From NCBI GenBank assembly GCA_012295275.1, contig CM022665.1:25172001-25236000 (forward strand): 64,000 nt of DNA, written 5' to 3'. Positions 31,501 to 46,611 of the stretch are shown here, piece after piece (within the stretch, counting starts at the first letter, position 1; every line of letters starts with the position of its first letter). The translations under genes and the position numbers were made by a program. The notes under the pieces were generated by a model that saw only the letters and a list, made by a program, of their open reading frames with translations, was not told the DNA's origin and made no database searches. The DNA comes from Chrysomallon squamiferum (taxonomy: Eukaryota; Animalia; Mollusca).

Positions 31501-31849
31501 GATACATATCGTCTGCTCGCTGGAAGGTTCTGTTTTGAATCACTGGGGTCGCCTGAGCTTGCGTATCAGAATGGAACTTTTGTCTCACTGAATACAATAG
31601 CAGAGTTTATGGATTATGTTATGATCGTTTAGTATTATAGCACATAAACGCAAGGGGAACACAACTGTGTGCAAAGCTGATTATCTTTACTGTTGCTAAA
31701 TTTAGAAAAATCTTATAGATTTTGCCGCCCACCTCCATCTCTCAGGAATTAAAACTATAATATACTGTTGAGCAATAGTGGATAATTTAGTTGTTTGTAA
31801 TTTTCTTGAAACCCGCACACTTATATGCACTTGTATGTGCAAAGTTCTG

Positions 31850-31913
<64 letters not shown>

Positions 31914-33401
31914 CTTCGAAACCTTCATAATATAATAGAAGAAGCAATAACCATTCGCACAATGCAGATGTGCACGCAGTTTCTTTCAGTTATATATGTA
32001 TTTATTATATATAAGTGTTAATGTGTGTTTGTGGGTGAATTATTCAAATATATTTATTGTAAACCGTATAAACGGAGTGGACATCTGTTGCTGTAATTAA
32101 AAGTTACAGAAATATTATTGTTTCCATATTACAATTTCCGGTATTGTAATAAAATACTGCCAGAGATCCTACATTTAACAACTGTTTCATTCATTTACTA
32201 TATCTTTTAATTCCTCCTCTTTGTTTTTGAAAATAAAAAATAGTCATAACAAATAACCTTGATTTATTTATTGATTTATTTATTTATTTATTTATTTGTT
32301 TGTTTGTTATCTTTTTTTTTCTGTTTATTAGTAGAACTGCGTGTTACTTAATATTCTTTAACTTTTTCCCCAGCAGATTTTATTTTATTTAATTTTGTAT
32401 TCATTTATTTAATTTTAATTTTTATTTTAACCTTATTCTCACAAAACTGCGAATGTTCTGCTTCTTGAACTAGTAATAGTAGTTGTGTTTTTACTGTAAT
32501 TGCAGTAGGTGTAGTAATATTAGTAGAAACACTAGTGGAAGCAATAATAATACTAGTAGTAATTGTAACAGCTGTGGTAGTGATGTCGGTTGTGTAAAGG
32601 TAGTAGAAGAAACTGTAGCAGAAAGCCTGTTAGTAGGAATAGCTGTAATTGTTTTAGCGGTAATAATAATAATAATAGCAATGTTACCAAGAGCACGAGC
32701 AATATAGCAATGATAGTTGTAGTCGTAGTCGCAATTGTAGCAGTAATAGTACTAGTAACGATAGGTAATGGTAGTGGCAGTGGTAGTGGTTGTGGTAGTA
32801 GTAGTAGTAGTATAAATTAAAAATTAGCAGTAGTAGTAGTATAATAATAATAATCAGCAGTAAGTACTAGTAGTAGCAGCAGTAGTAACAGTAGTAGTAG
32901 TAGTAGAAGCAGCAGCAGCAGCAGCAATAGGAGATGTAGTATAATTACCACAATGCATAAGAAAATTATACTGATATTTTCTTCGAATAAAACTATAATG
33001 ATGCCAAATAGAAAATTATGGGAAAAAAATTAAAAATCACAAAAAATAAATCATATCAAGAATATTTTTCAGTTTTGGTTTTATTTTGTTTATCCAATTC
33101 TTTTTATCTCATGATATATCAGTCCTGTTAATTATATTTTGTTTCTTTGTTAGTAACTTTGTTCTCTTTTTTTTTTTTTTTTTTTTTTTTGTCTTCTTTA
33201 ATTAACTTTCGTTTTTCGTTTTATTTTGTTAATTAATTAATAAATATTATTATCTTATTCTGTTTATTTATTAATTTATTTATTTTTAGCTATTTTAAAG
33301 TATATATCTGTCAATCGTCCATTCATAGCATGTTATAAGAGATAAAAATAAAAAAACATTCAGACAAAGCTTTCTCTACTTTGTAACTGTCATTTCACCC
33401 C

Positions 33402-33613
33402 TGACGGACTGTGCTCTTGCATTACTGAGCCTCGCTTTAAAAACAACCTTTCCCTTCTTTTATGCTCTTATTTTTCGCTGCGTAGAACGACGTCAAGCTC
33501 AATGTGTCTGTTTACCGCACAGGAGCCACCTAATAAAACGTGCATAACGTCAGATACAAGGTCATCAACCACAGACCCGTAAGCGTCAGCAAATGTAATT
33601 CAGAACCCCGTCA
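33402..33613. promoter_or_regulatory. Half-CRE (TGACG/CGTCA) cluster about 2 kb upstream of the promoter
   Basis: TGACG at 33402; CGTCA at 33491, 33548, 33584 and 33609. Confidence 0.45.
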
Positions 33614-34103
33614 TCATTACAAAAACATGATTATGCAAAATGCAGGTAGTTCGGTTGTTTTGTATGTCACTGCGTTCAAAATAAAGTTCTATAATGTGCA
33701 AGGCCGTTGGAGGTGAGAGGTCGGACAGAATATGCCCTCAACAAAAATTGCACTTTAATATGTTTCTGGGTGTTGCCCTACAAGGCATTACTAAGCAGTT
33801 TCCACGTTCCAATTCACCTAGAGCATTCTGGGAGGCAAAGGTTCTATTGAAATTCGAGGCAAGGTTTTCGTTCATAAAAATATTTACCTGAACAAATCTG
33901 ATCCTGACAAAAAGAGTTATTTAAAGTTAATACTGACGAAATCGTTTTGTTTCTTGTTTACGTGTCAAAATATGTAAAATAAATGCTTTACTGTATTGTG
34001 TGATTACTTATGTCGCCATATGGAAACTCAGGTGTTCAGATTCTATCATTATACTGGAGAATAGCTCATTATAACTTATTCAACACACATATAAAGTCCG
34101 CGC

Positions 34104-34106
<3 letters not shown>

Positions 34107-34177
<71 letters not shown>

Positions 34178-34270
34178 TTCTCTCGCTCTTTCTCTCTTTC
34201 TCTCTCTCCATCGTTCTGTCCTTCTCTCTACATATATATATATATCTGTTCCATGTGTATTCACTAACTG

Positions 34271-34346
<76 letters not shown>

Positions 34347-34463
34347 TTCTCTCGCTCTTTCTTCTTTCTTTCTCTCTCCATTGTTCTGTCCTTCTCTCTG
34401 CATATATATATATCTGTTCCATGTGTATTCACTAACTGCATTCTCTCTCTCTCTCTCTCTAAT

Positions 34464-34507
<44 letters not shown>

Positions 34508-34591
34508 CTCTCGCTCTTTCTCTCTTTCTCTCTCTCCATCGTTCTGTCCTTTTCTCATATATATATATATCTGTTCCATGTGTATTCTCTG

Positions 34592-34661
<70 letters not shown>

Positions 34662-34735
34662 ATTTCTCCATCGTCCATTGTTCTGTCCTTCTCTCTGCAT
34701 ATATATATCTATCTGTTCCATGTGTATTCACTAAT

Positions 34736-34793
<58 letters not shown>

Positions 34794-34886
34794 ATTTCTC
34801 TCGCTCTTTCTCTCTTTCTCTCTCTCCATCGTTCTGTCCTTCTCTCTGCATATATATATCTATCTGTTCCATGTGTATTCACTAAT

Positions 34887-34920
<34 letters not shown>
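34107..34920. repeat. Compound tandem repeat: about 5 units of (CT)n plus a ~95-bp core
   Basis: The core ...ccatcgttctgtccttctctctgcatatatatatctgttccatgtgtattcactaa... recurs five times between variable (CT)n tracts. Confidence 0.9.
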
Positions 34921-34923
<3 letters not shown>

Positions 34924-37189
34924 TCTATGTGGCGTGTGTGTGTGTGTGTGTGTGTCTCGCTCTCTTGTCCACGTAACCTTGAAACAGTTATTACTTACTT
35001 AATTAGATAAACGAAGTCAGTACACGAACTTTTAGTCTGTTTAAAAAAACAACAAAAAAATCACACCTACGTAATCGACATAAAGTATATCCTACAATTT
35101 CTTTTTTTTTAAAGAAATTACTAAAACGTCAATAAAATCACAAAAATAAACAGACGTATCCGCAATTTAATGAACCAAGTTAATTCGTTTGTTATTTTAC
35201 TTTTAGACAGTTTGAATCATTTTACCTTAATTTATCGAGTGAAATGTGATATTCAGCTGTGCTTTCAAACTCTGGATAATATATTATTAACACTGCCATT
35301 AAAGGTATTTGAGTTGTAAGCGCCCGAGGCAATGTCATCGTTATTCCTCCTCTCGGATTAAAGCAATTGTTGAAACAAATATTAACTTCTCTGTAAGTAA
35401 TCGGTCAATCTGCTTTGAGTTCTAATTTGGTTCGAAGTTCTGTTTTTGGATTTTCCAGTTTAAAACAATACAATAACAATCTACGACAAAAATCAAGGTT
35501 AAAACATAATGTGTATTAAACATAAACAAAGAAAAATAACTTTAGAAAAATTGTAATTTCCAACATTTTCATGAATATGTGTCGATAACAGTTTCAAACG
35601 AATAAATCATGTGACAACTCATAAACGAAAAATAGACAGAGAAAACACACATACGGACGGGCAGAGACAAACACACATTCGCACGAACAGATACACAAAT
35701 AGACAGACAGGCAGATAGACAGAGATAGTTAGATAGATAGACATATAGAAAGGTATACTCAGTTAAACCACAAAAAAACAATTAAAATGTTCATTCCTTT
35801 GTTCCTTTAAAATACTTTAAGACTGTACCAAAATAATGTCTTATGTTTTTAAGCATCGCGTTATAAAGGACTCTCTACCTTTTCCAGACTCATCCACGTA
35901 GACAAAATAAACAATATTAATGAAGACGTAATTAAAACATGATATACCATTGCTCTTTTTTTTTTTTTAACTTCAATCCAGCTGTTTCTGTCTTTGCTGT
36001 AATAGGTAATTCTGAATATATTTTTGTAGAATATATTCACATTCATCACATACAAACACACACAAAAAAAATTAAAAATAATAAAAAGGGTGGGTGCAGA
36101 AAAGAAACAGAGAGAAGCACAGACAGAAAGATATAAAACGTTTAAAGAAATAAAGAAAAGAAAGAATATATAAAAAAAAGAAAAGAAACAAGAAACAAAA
36201 GGATGAATGGAAAAATAAATGAAAGAAAGGAAGGAAGAAAAATAAACGAAAGAAACAAAACTTGGAATTAAAGAGGAAGCAAATTAATGTAAAAAAACAA
36301 CAAAAAAAAAAAAAAAAAAAAAACCTAAAACAAAAGAACAAAATAAATTATATTAAAAAAGAAGAAAAAGACGAAGAAACATGATATGGAAAATCCAGAT
36401 AACGAGAAAAGTAATTGAAAAGCAAATAAATTAATTCCTTTTGTGCCTGATATTCATTCACCACAGCAATAATCGATGTATATTGTAATTACGTAATGTA
36501 TATCATAACATCACTTCATACCTAACAGCAGCTAATCTGATATGTCACCAGTACTTACCGCACAGTGTATTTTGGTGCCCATCGCAACGATAAATCAAAA
36601 CTTTGCAAGAAAACTGAAAGCTGTGTTAATTCGACATGCACTGCAATTCATTGTGTAAATTACCGCTTCCGAAGGTCATTTTGATTTAAGTAAATTTATG
36701 GCGACATTTTGTAATTAAATGAGACCTCTGACCGAATTGGTTGCATGGAAAAGATCACCAGATTTGCCGGTGCCGAGTGTTTCTGTGGATTTTTTATTTT
36801 TTATTTTTTTTTGGAGGCTTATTATTTGGTTCTAATGTTCTGGTGATTCATTCGTCGAACAAAATGTTCTTATGCAGTAATTACACATTTTGTAAGCGTC
36901 CTGCAGTTACAGATATAGTATAATGGTGCCCTGATTTTGGTGTAATTTCATGTTGCAAATGATAAATGACTCACAATGCAAATTCAGTAACTGATTAGGT
37001 TACGTTTCGTTACTATAGTTACTAACACAAAAAAAACAAAACAACAACAACAACAAACAAACAAAAAAAGCATCTAAGTTAATTGAAAACCGTATTAGTA
37101 ATGAAATTTTATGATAATATTAGTCAAAACTCAGTGAAATTTACCTTCTTTCTTTTTACATGCGAGAAAGAGAAGAGAGATAGAAACAT

Positions 37190-37279
<90 letters not shown>

Positions 37280-37692
37280 GCACAGGCAGACACACAGAGA
37301 AACAGATATATTATCTTTAGTTTAAACATCCAGGTTTGTCTAGTATCCGAACCATTTAAATGTACACAGATTACAATATGCAATGTTCTGCTGTAGACGT
37401 TCAGTGTGAGTCCAAATACCAGTTAAATCAATCAAACCAGCTGTCTCTTATACCGAAAGAAAATAAGTAAAATCTGCTGGTTTTAGAAAATGTGAATAGA
37501 ACAACTAAATGACAAGCTATATTTTGAAGCTTTGAAAAAACTGTTACTGATGTAATATTTTTGAGAAATGCGCTGAGAAATATTGCATGGATATATAGAC
37601 AGATAGATAGGTAGGTAGACAGACAGACAGACAGACAGATAGATAGATAAATATATATAATTTTATTTATTTATTTTTATTTATATATTTAT

Positions 37693-37774
<82 letters not shown>

Positions 37775-38367
37775 TGATTGTGATCTTGTTTTATTAATTA
37801 ATGAATGTTAAAGAAACGAAAATGTATCAAACAAATATAAATAGAAACAATAGCTGACATATTTCTTTATTTAAAAAAAAAAATAATAATAATAAAAAAT
37901 GAAAGAAAGAGAAAAAAGAAGCACATGCAAGCTGTGTTTGCTCACAGCAGTATGAAGATATATTTTCGCTTTCTAACCCGAAATAAACACGGCCTGGAGA
38001 CAGAATGCCCGAATATCACTGAGGATCGAAATGTTAAAACCTTTTTTTCACTACGAATATTAATGCCACAGATACGATTTCACCTAGTTTTATAATAGCA
38101 TCGGTTTAAAACAGCTACGATTTTTATTTTTTTATTTTTTTTTTATTTTTTTATTCTTTGTTAATTAATCATTAGTCTTTTCAGTCGTCCTGTGTTAATA
38201 AATAGGAATTTCACAAGTTGAGAAACTTACAACACAACAAATTAATCCTACAAAAACCACTACCGTCGACGATAACAAAATAAAAGTCAAAAGAAAACTA
38301 TTAACACACTTATTAGACAGGACATAATAATAGTTTGTAAACAAAGTAGATTAATGACATAAAGAGC

Positions 38368-38594
38368 CACGTGAGTCATAAACTGAGATAAAGTGGCTGT
38401 AAAAATTCAAGGTAGCGTGGATGAGTGTAAGGGTTATAATATTGCGAGTTGACACTAGAAAAAGCTAGGCATGCATCTAAGCGTTATCTTTAAGACAGAA
38501 GAAGCAGTGGATATATTTTCTACTTCGTTTAGCGTTGAGTGTGTAAATATTGTTTAAACCTGTTGTACACTTAGCTGATACTGTTGTGACGTCA
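38368..38594. promoter_or_regulatory. Distal candidate enhancer: overlapping E-box/AP-1 plus a full CRE
   Basis: CACGTG 38368-38373 overlaps TGAGTCA 38372-38378; TGACGTCA at 38587-38594. Confidence 0.4.
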
Positions 38595-38753
38595 TCATGT
38601 CGTATACGCTTTAATCGATTAGCACCAAGAAGGTTTTTAAGCACCTTCTCGTGGACAGATCACTAAATCAACAACAAACGATCGTAAGCATTGTTTCCTT
38701 TGAACAGGAATAATATAAAGATAATTAATTAAATATTTTAATAACTACAAATT

Positions 38754-38850
<97 letters not shown>

Positions 38851-39184
38851 TTGTTCTCTCTCAGAATGTATGTATATCTATTTTAGTCTGTTTCTTTCTG
38901 TCCAATCTATCTATCTATATATATATATATTCGAAAATTATACCTTACCACCTCGTCAAACTTGGAGCCTTCTTATTTTTGTCAGTAATCTGATAAAAAT
39001 TAATTAAAACAGCAACATTATATTTTGTCACGTAATTAAATTTTGTCACGTCTGACATATTATAAAGTAAAATAGGGAGTTTGTGCGTCGGAGGTAATTA
39101 TTTTACTGATTATAATTACATTGGTTTATTTTACATTATATCTGTCATCTTTATTTTCTACTTATGTTTTTAACATTTTGTCTC

Positions 39185-39226
<42 letters not shown>

Positions 39227-39978
39227 TGTTTTACATCCGACTTACGGAAGCATCTATCAATCCACCAGTCTGTATGTCTTTCTATCTGTCTTTTCTCTCT
39301 ACCTACATACCTATATCTCTCTGACTGTCTGTCTGTTTATCTTATACAGCATATGATTCTGCTCGCTCATTTTGTCCTAGAACAATTAAATGCAGCTGTA
39401 AGTTAAGTCGTCTGTGGAGTAATGAATAATGGCAGATGACGAATTACGAATGTAAATATATCTAGATGAGTGAACCTGTCATATATTACCTATAACTTAT
39501 AGTTAATCTATAAAAATAATACTAAAATGTCAAACTATTGTTTAAAAGTTAATCAAGTTTTAAGATCTAAACTGAAATTGTAAATCAGTTCTAGCCAGCC
39601 TAGTATGTTTTGTATATCGGAAAGGGCTAGTTTCTATAATATGTAAAATATATTTTAGTTCTACCACAGACAGCAATTAATATACGACGTTCTAACATGA
39701 CATTTAATTTGCGGGAAATAGTTTCTACTGTATTCTCAGGTGCGACAAAATGAGAAAAGAAAAAAGAAAAAACAGATCAAAAGAAAGCTTTTTCTGAAAA
39801 CCTTTAATTTTAAATAATAAAATAGCCTGGAAGGATTACGTTTATTAAGAAATGTTTGATAAATCACTTATTAAAACTTTTGTGATTATCTAATTATTAT
39901 TTATAGTCGAAGTAATAGTAGCGATGGATTGATAATCGTTGTAGCAGATGCAGTAGTGTTGGTTTAGTGTGTGTGTAC

Positions 39979-40009
<31 letters not shown>

Positions 40010-40853
40010 TGTATGTATGTATGTATGTATGTATGTATGTATGTATGTAGTAGCATTAGTTGTAAAAGAGTTAATGATAACAATAATAATGGCAGTAATA
40101 CTAGTAGTACCAAATGAAGTAATGTTTGTAGTAATCATGGTAGTAGTAGAAGTAGTAGTGCGGTAGTATTAGTAGTAATAGTAGTAGTAGAAGTAGCAGT
40201 GGCAATAGTATTAATACTAGTAGTAGCAGTAGTAGTTTTTTTTTTTTTTTTTTTTAGAGATAGATGATGTATTAGTAAACCAATGAAAAATGTTTGTAAC
40301 TGAACCAATATTGACTACTGACTATATATATATATATATTTTTTTTTTTTAAAGGTAAACAGCGATCTGTGATCTTCAAAATGGACATAGTGGCCAGTAA
40401 ACAGAACGACATTACCATAGGACTAACCAGTCATGAAACACGTATATATAATATATGAACAGAATGTTTTTTAAATACACTCAATACAGTCACTGTTAGA
40501 CCTATCTACTTTAAATATATAAAAACAAAGGGAAGAAAACAAAAACAAAAACTAAACTGTTCGGCCAATAATTCGGCTTTGAGAATTGTATTTATAGAAT
40601 ACACTTCATTCATACAATTTAAACTGAAGAGATAGTGTAACGCGATATTATTTTTCATTCAGAGAATTTTAAATGGTTTTTATGTAAATTTATTAATGTA
40701 CATTTGGGTGTGTTTACCTTTTGTATTCTTACCGGCTTTTCCTGTATGTGCATATTACTTAGTAGGTTCACGTTTATAAAAAAAAAAAAAAAAAAAAAAA
40801 GAAAGAAGAAGAAGAAAAAAATGAATGTGTGTGTGTTTGTGTATGTGTGTGTT

Positions 40854-40936
<83 letters not shown>

Positions 40937-40959
40937 CTAAATATTGTCGTAATAGCTGT

Positions 40960-41860
40960 ATTGCAATGGTGGTAGTAGTAGCAACTGTAGTAGTAGTGGT
41001 AGTAGTAGAAGTCGTAGTACTAGTTCTACTTGTTGTATTACTACTAATAGTACCTCAAATAGCAGTAATAATAATAGTAGTAGTACCACTAGTACAAGAA
41101 GTAATAATAAAAGTAGTAGAACTAATAGCAGTAGTAATACTAATAGTAGTACTACTAGTAGTAGTAGGTGAAGTCATAATAATAATAATGGTAGAGAATT
41201 ATTGTTATAGTAGTGTAGTGTCAGTAGTAGCAGCAGCAGTAGTCGTAGTAGTAGTAGTACTAGTAGTTGTAAACGTAATAAATACTACTAGTAATAGCAA
41301 CAGTTATAACAGTAATTATTATTACGTAGTAATATTAGTAGAAGGAACAACAACAGTAATAAACAGAAGTAAATAAATTTCGAATATAAAAAATAAAAAC
41401 AAATAAAAAATAAATTTAAAATTAAAAACGATTTATTAATAGCAGATTCACACCTTGAATAAAATGTACATTAAAATCAATACAGTTTCCTGGGTGTGTA
41501 CATACAGTAGTTTTTTAAAATAGCTGACCTCCTGAAATCACGGATGTAGAGAAATAGAACATATATTCATGCACACTCACGTATAAATAAATACTACAGG
41601 TGTTTTCACGTCTTTATCTTAGCCAATGCGATGCGGTGTTTCTAACAGGAAAGTAAAAGAAACTTAACAACGGGAAGTAAAATGGCATCATTATGTATTA
41701 TCCTTTTTAGATCAGAGTTTCTCCGAAAATATTTATTGTTTATGTTGTTTTTCGTGTTCTTCTTCATCTTCTTCTTTTTTTTTTATTATTGTTATTAGTA
41801 TTGTTATTATTTTGTTATTACTGTTGTTATTACTACTACTATTACTACTACTACTACCAC

Positions 41861-41895
<35 letters not shown>

Positions 41896-42200
41896 TGTTG
41901 GTGTTATTATTATTATTACTACTACTACTACTACTACAACTATTTCTACTATTATTATTTATTGCTATTGCAGCTAATTTGTACCTTTTATTACTACAGT
42001 TATTACCACTGCTCATGTTCCTTCTAGTACATGATCTGCTGCTACGTTTGCTACTACTACTACTACTGTCACTACTACTGTCCCTACTACTACAACTACT
42101 ATTGGTACTTTTATTACTATTACTTCTACTACATATTACTATTACTACTATTATTATTACTACTATAATAATTTCTATTATAGTTTCGCCTAGTAGTAAT
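40960..42200. repeat. Degenerate (TAG/TAA)n and (CTA/TTA)n trinucleotide low-complexity blocks; similar blocks at ~10730-11000, 32470-32930 and 40050-40240
   Basis: gtagtagta and ctactacta rich runs that produce the poly-V and poly-L ORFs. Confidence 0.8.
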
Positions 42201-42310
42201 TTCACTGTTATTGCATCACATCTACTAGCACTGCACAAAAACACACATAAACACTCAGATGAAAATAATTATACACTAATAAACAGTAATTATAAACAAA
42301 TAAATAAGTA

Positions 42311-42342
<32 letters not shown>

Positions 42343-42508
42343 TAAAAATAAAAATAAAAACATCAATAATAATTCAAAGAAGAAGAAGGACAACATTATC
42401 ATATAAACATGCACATTCATAAACTTAAATATCTATTCGCAGAAAATCTAGCGTACGTACATGTGACCAAATATCATTTATACTTATACATTCTCATAAA
42501 CATATTCA

Positions 42509-43691
42509 TTCAAACATAGATACAGAAATATACTCAGTGCAATAGTCACATATTTACAAACACTTTCAAACATAGACACAGAAATATACTTAGTTCAATA
42601 GTCACATATTTACAAACACTTTCAAACATAGACACAGAAATATACTTAGTTCAATAGTCACATATTTACAAACACTTTCAAACATAGACACAGAAATATA
42701 CTCAGTGCAATAGTCACATATTTACAAACACTTTCAAACATAGACACAGAAATATACTTAGTGCAATAGTCACATATTTACAAACACTTTCAAACATAGA
42801 CACAGAAATATACTTAGTGCAATAGTCACATATTTACAAACACTTTCAAACATAGACACAGAAATATACTCAGTGCAATAGTCACATATTTACAAACACT
42901 TTCAAACATAGACACAGAAATATACTTAGTTCAATAGTCACATATTTACAAACACTTTCAAACATAGACACAGAAATATACTTAGTTCAATAGTCACATA
43001 TTTACAAACACTTTCAAACATAGACACAGAAATATACTTAGTTCAATAGTCACATATTTACAAACACTTTCAAACATAGACACAGAAATATACTTAGTGC
43101 AATAGTCACATATTTACAAACACTTTCAAACATAGACACAGAAATATACTTAGTGCAATAGTCACATATTTACAAACACTTTCAAACATAGACACAGAAA
43201 TATACTCAGTGCAATAGTCACATATTTACAAACACTTTCAAACATAGACACAGAAATATACTTAGTTCAATAGTCACATATTTACAAACACTTTCAAACA
43301 TAGACACAGAAATATACTTAGTTCAATAGTCACATATTTACAAACACTTTCAAACATAGACACAGAAATATACTTAGTTCAATAGTCACATATTTACAAA
43401 CACTTTCAAACATAGACACAGAAATATACTTAGTGCAATAGTCACATATTTACAAACACTTTCAAACATAGACACAGAAATATACTTAGTTCAATAGTCA
43501 CATATTTACAAACACTTTCAAACATAGACACAGAAATATACTTAGTGCAATAGTCACATATTTACAAACACTTTCAAACATAGACACAGAAATATACTCA
43601 GTGCAATAGTCACATATTTACAAACACTTTCAAACATAGACACAGAAATATACTCAGTGCAATAGTCACGTATTTACAAACACTTTCAAAC
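42509..43691. repeat. 56-bp minisatellite, 21 full copies plus 7 bp
   Basis: Unit TTCAAACATAGACACAGAAATATACTYAGTKCAATAGTCACATATTTACAAACACT starts at 42509 + 56n. The copies are near-identical and have no spacers. Confidence 0.97.
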
Positions 43692-44571
43692 TTATTTCTG
43701 AAAACAGTTTCGTCAGAACCTGTCTGAAATTGCGAAACATGGATTATATAAAATACAAGTAATATGTCTGTCAGCTTATATAGACAGAATTTTTTATATA
43801 AAAAAAAAAAAACATTCGAAAGATACCTTGACTTATTTAAATAAAGAAAACTGTGAATACAACAAAACGAATTAATAAGAAGAAAAAGAGAAGAACAGTA
43901 ACAACAAAGAATAAAGAAAAAAACAACAACAAACAAGCACAGAAACAAACAAAACAAACAAAACAAAACAAAACAAAACAAAACAAAACAAAATAAAATA
44001 AAATAAAATAAAATAAAATAAAATAAAATAAAATAAAATAAAATAAATAAATTTTGATGAAAATAAAATGAAGTAAAACCAGAAAACACTACATAAATAA
44101 TTAGAAATCTTTAAAATTACTATAGAAAATTCATTCATTTGTTAACACATTTGTGAAGGACAAACAAAGTGTGTGTCTACCAGTGATTTCTACATTTTCG
44201 TTCACGTCAGTTCACACATCATCCTAAATTAGACCGTGTTCAGTAATAAAGTTTCATTAGCTATAGATTACATTCAAATACTATTTAGCTAGACGTAAAA
44301 TCATACCATAGTGCGAGTGAACTCGATTAATCACTGAAGTTAATTTACTCCCTGATAATATTTCAGTGAATATTAACTAACCCTTTATATATATATATAA
44401 GCAGATTTACAAATAACCCAATTGAAATTAATGTCAAAGTATATATTTATATACATAATGACCTAAAGTCACTAGCTAAATATCTGCTATAAATTACTTG
44501 CACTTTGGTAAAAAGATGAAAGGTTAATGTACCTCGGATGTGTCAGTGGAAAACAAATTGATCCTTTTTTC

Positions 44572-44602
<31 letters not shown>

Positions 44603-45754
44603 CTGATGTAGCCAAAACAGAGTGTGTGGTAACAATATGGTGGAAATCCAAGACGTATTCCTTTATTTCATAATGTCTGTGTAATTAACGATGATGTTGA
44701 GAAGCACGTGAAAAATTAATGTCGACAGAATGAACAGGAAACTGAGTGCTGATGTTTCCGACGCAATAATGTATTTGGATGGTCATAAATAATATAACCT
44801 AATAACACAGACTGAAACTTACATCTTTGCACAGTTTGCAAATTAGATTTTTGCACGTTATTTTGCAAATTGTAATTCTGCACAAACCTGTTTGCAAATA
44901 ATGCAGAAATCTGGCAGTGGCTGCTGCACAGCTTTCCTTTTCGGATTGTTCTATGTGGGGGTGAGTGTTTTTGTGTGTGTGTGTGTGTGTGTGTGTCTGT
45001 GTGGATAGATATGCAAAATACTTTTTTCCTGTTTAAATTAGCGTTCCACTACATGTACATCAAAGCAGCGTTAATGCAAATAAAAGATTCCATTCTGTGT
45101 AAACGGCAAGAGTAACCAATAGCGTTGCTTTCCTCTCAGACTGCAATAATGACAAAGGCCAAGAAGGATAAAAATAAAACTAATAACAATAAATAAATAA
45201 ATAAATATGTAAAACGATGGGAAAAAAAAAGAAACCCGAGACAACATATCAACATATTTAATATTTGCTGATTAAGTAACAGAACCTTGAACAGAACATA
45301 AGACACATCTAAGAGAACCCAACAAAATAGTATTAAAAAAAATAATAATAATAAAAAAAAAAAAAAATAAAAAAATAAATCGCTTCATCAAACAAGGACG
45401 TACATCTTTTGCAAGAGGTCTATCACCGACGTCCCTAAGTTTGCCCCTAGCTCCATAATCCCAGTGTTTCTACACTTTGCCTCTGGCGTTTTACACCCAG
45501 TGGTTCCAAGACGCTTGATGGATAGTCACTGAAGAAACCTGGCAAAGATGTCAAAGGAGACGGCTTGAGATTAATGTTCAAAGATAATCAACGTATGGGA
45601 TTATTTACTACCATAGCTTTGTAGGTTAATATGCCTACGATTTATTAAGTGTCTCATTTTTCATACGTAACATGGCAGGTGTTTGACACTGACGAGTAGA
45701 GTATGTATCGTTTTCTTTATTAACTGAACCTTCGACTTGCTTGGAATGTGGGGG

Positions 45755-45843
<89 letters not shown>

Positions 45844-46556
45844 GTGTGTTACAATATGTTTTGCCTTTTCGTTGATTAATAATGATAATAGTAAAAACTA
45901 CAATGATAATATTAATAAATGAACAATGACAGCATTAGACTATGTCCAAAACAAACATGTACATAGCCTATTTATATAAAACATTTGACAATGACTAGAT
46001 ACTTCATTTGTTTGTTAAAATCAACTAGGCCAGATTTTTTTAAGCCTTGGGTGCGGTGCTCAGTCAAATTCATGAGCTGATGATAATAACTTAAAATTTT
46101 TTTTTTTTAAATTAAAAAAGAGGAAAAAAAAAACATTTCAATGAAATGACACTAATATCACTGCTACACTGAGGTGATATCGGATCTGATTGTTATGTTC
46201 AACTAGGGCAGTAGCCTCTCTAAAGAATGTTGTTGTTCAGTCAAATTCACACACGGTGACAATGTAAAGTTACATTACTTAGCCAACTGACCCTATAAAA
46301 TTACTCCCCACGTCATATGGGCACTCGACAGTCTATTTTTGAAAGGGTATTGACGAAAGCAGTTATTATCGGGGCGCGACAATGGGGTTCTTTTTTTAGT
46401 TTACATTGTGACTGGTTTCTAAACGATGTGATGTATGTTTTACTGTCTGTGGGAAGGTGCATACAAAAGACTGTTTGCTGCTTATCGATTAAAATAGTTC
46501 ACGTAACTCAAGACAATTAATTCTGATTCCTATCTGCCTTCTTATTTACACTCATA

Positions 46557-46611
<55 letters not shown>

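Noticed and set aside
34010-35010. Overlapping ER- and LS-rich ORFs
   Set aside because: They are products of the (CT)n compound repeat.
40966-42311. Hydrophobic poly-V and poly-L ORFs resembling membrane proteins
   Set aside because: They come from degenerate TAG/CTA trinucleotide low-complexity DNA.
42509-43691. CRISPR-like regular array
   Set aside because: The units are contiguous and near-identical with no unique spacers, there are no cas genes, and the context is eukaryotic.
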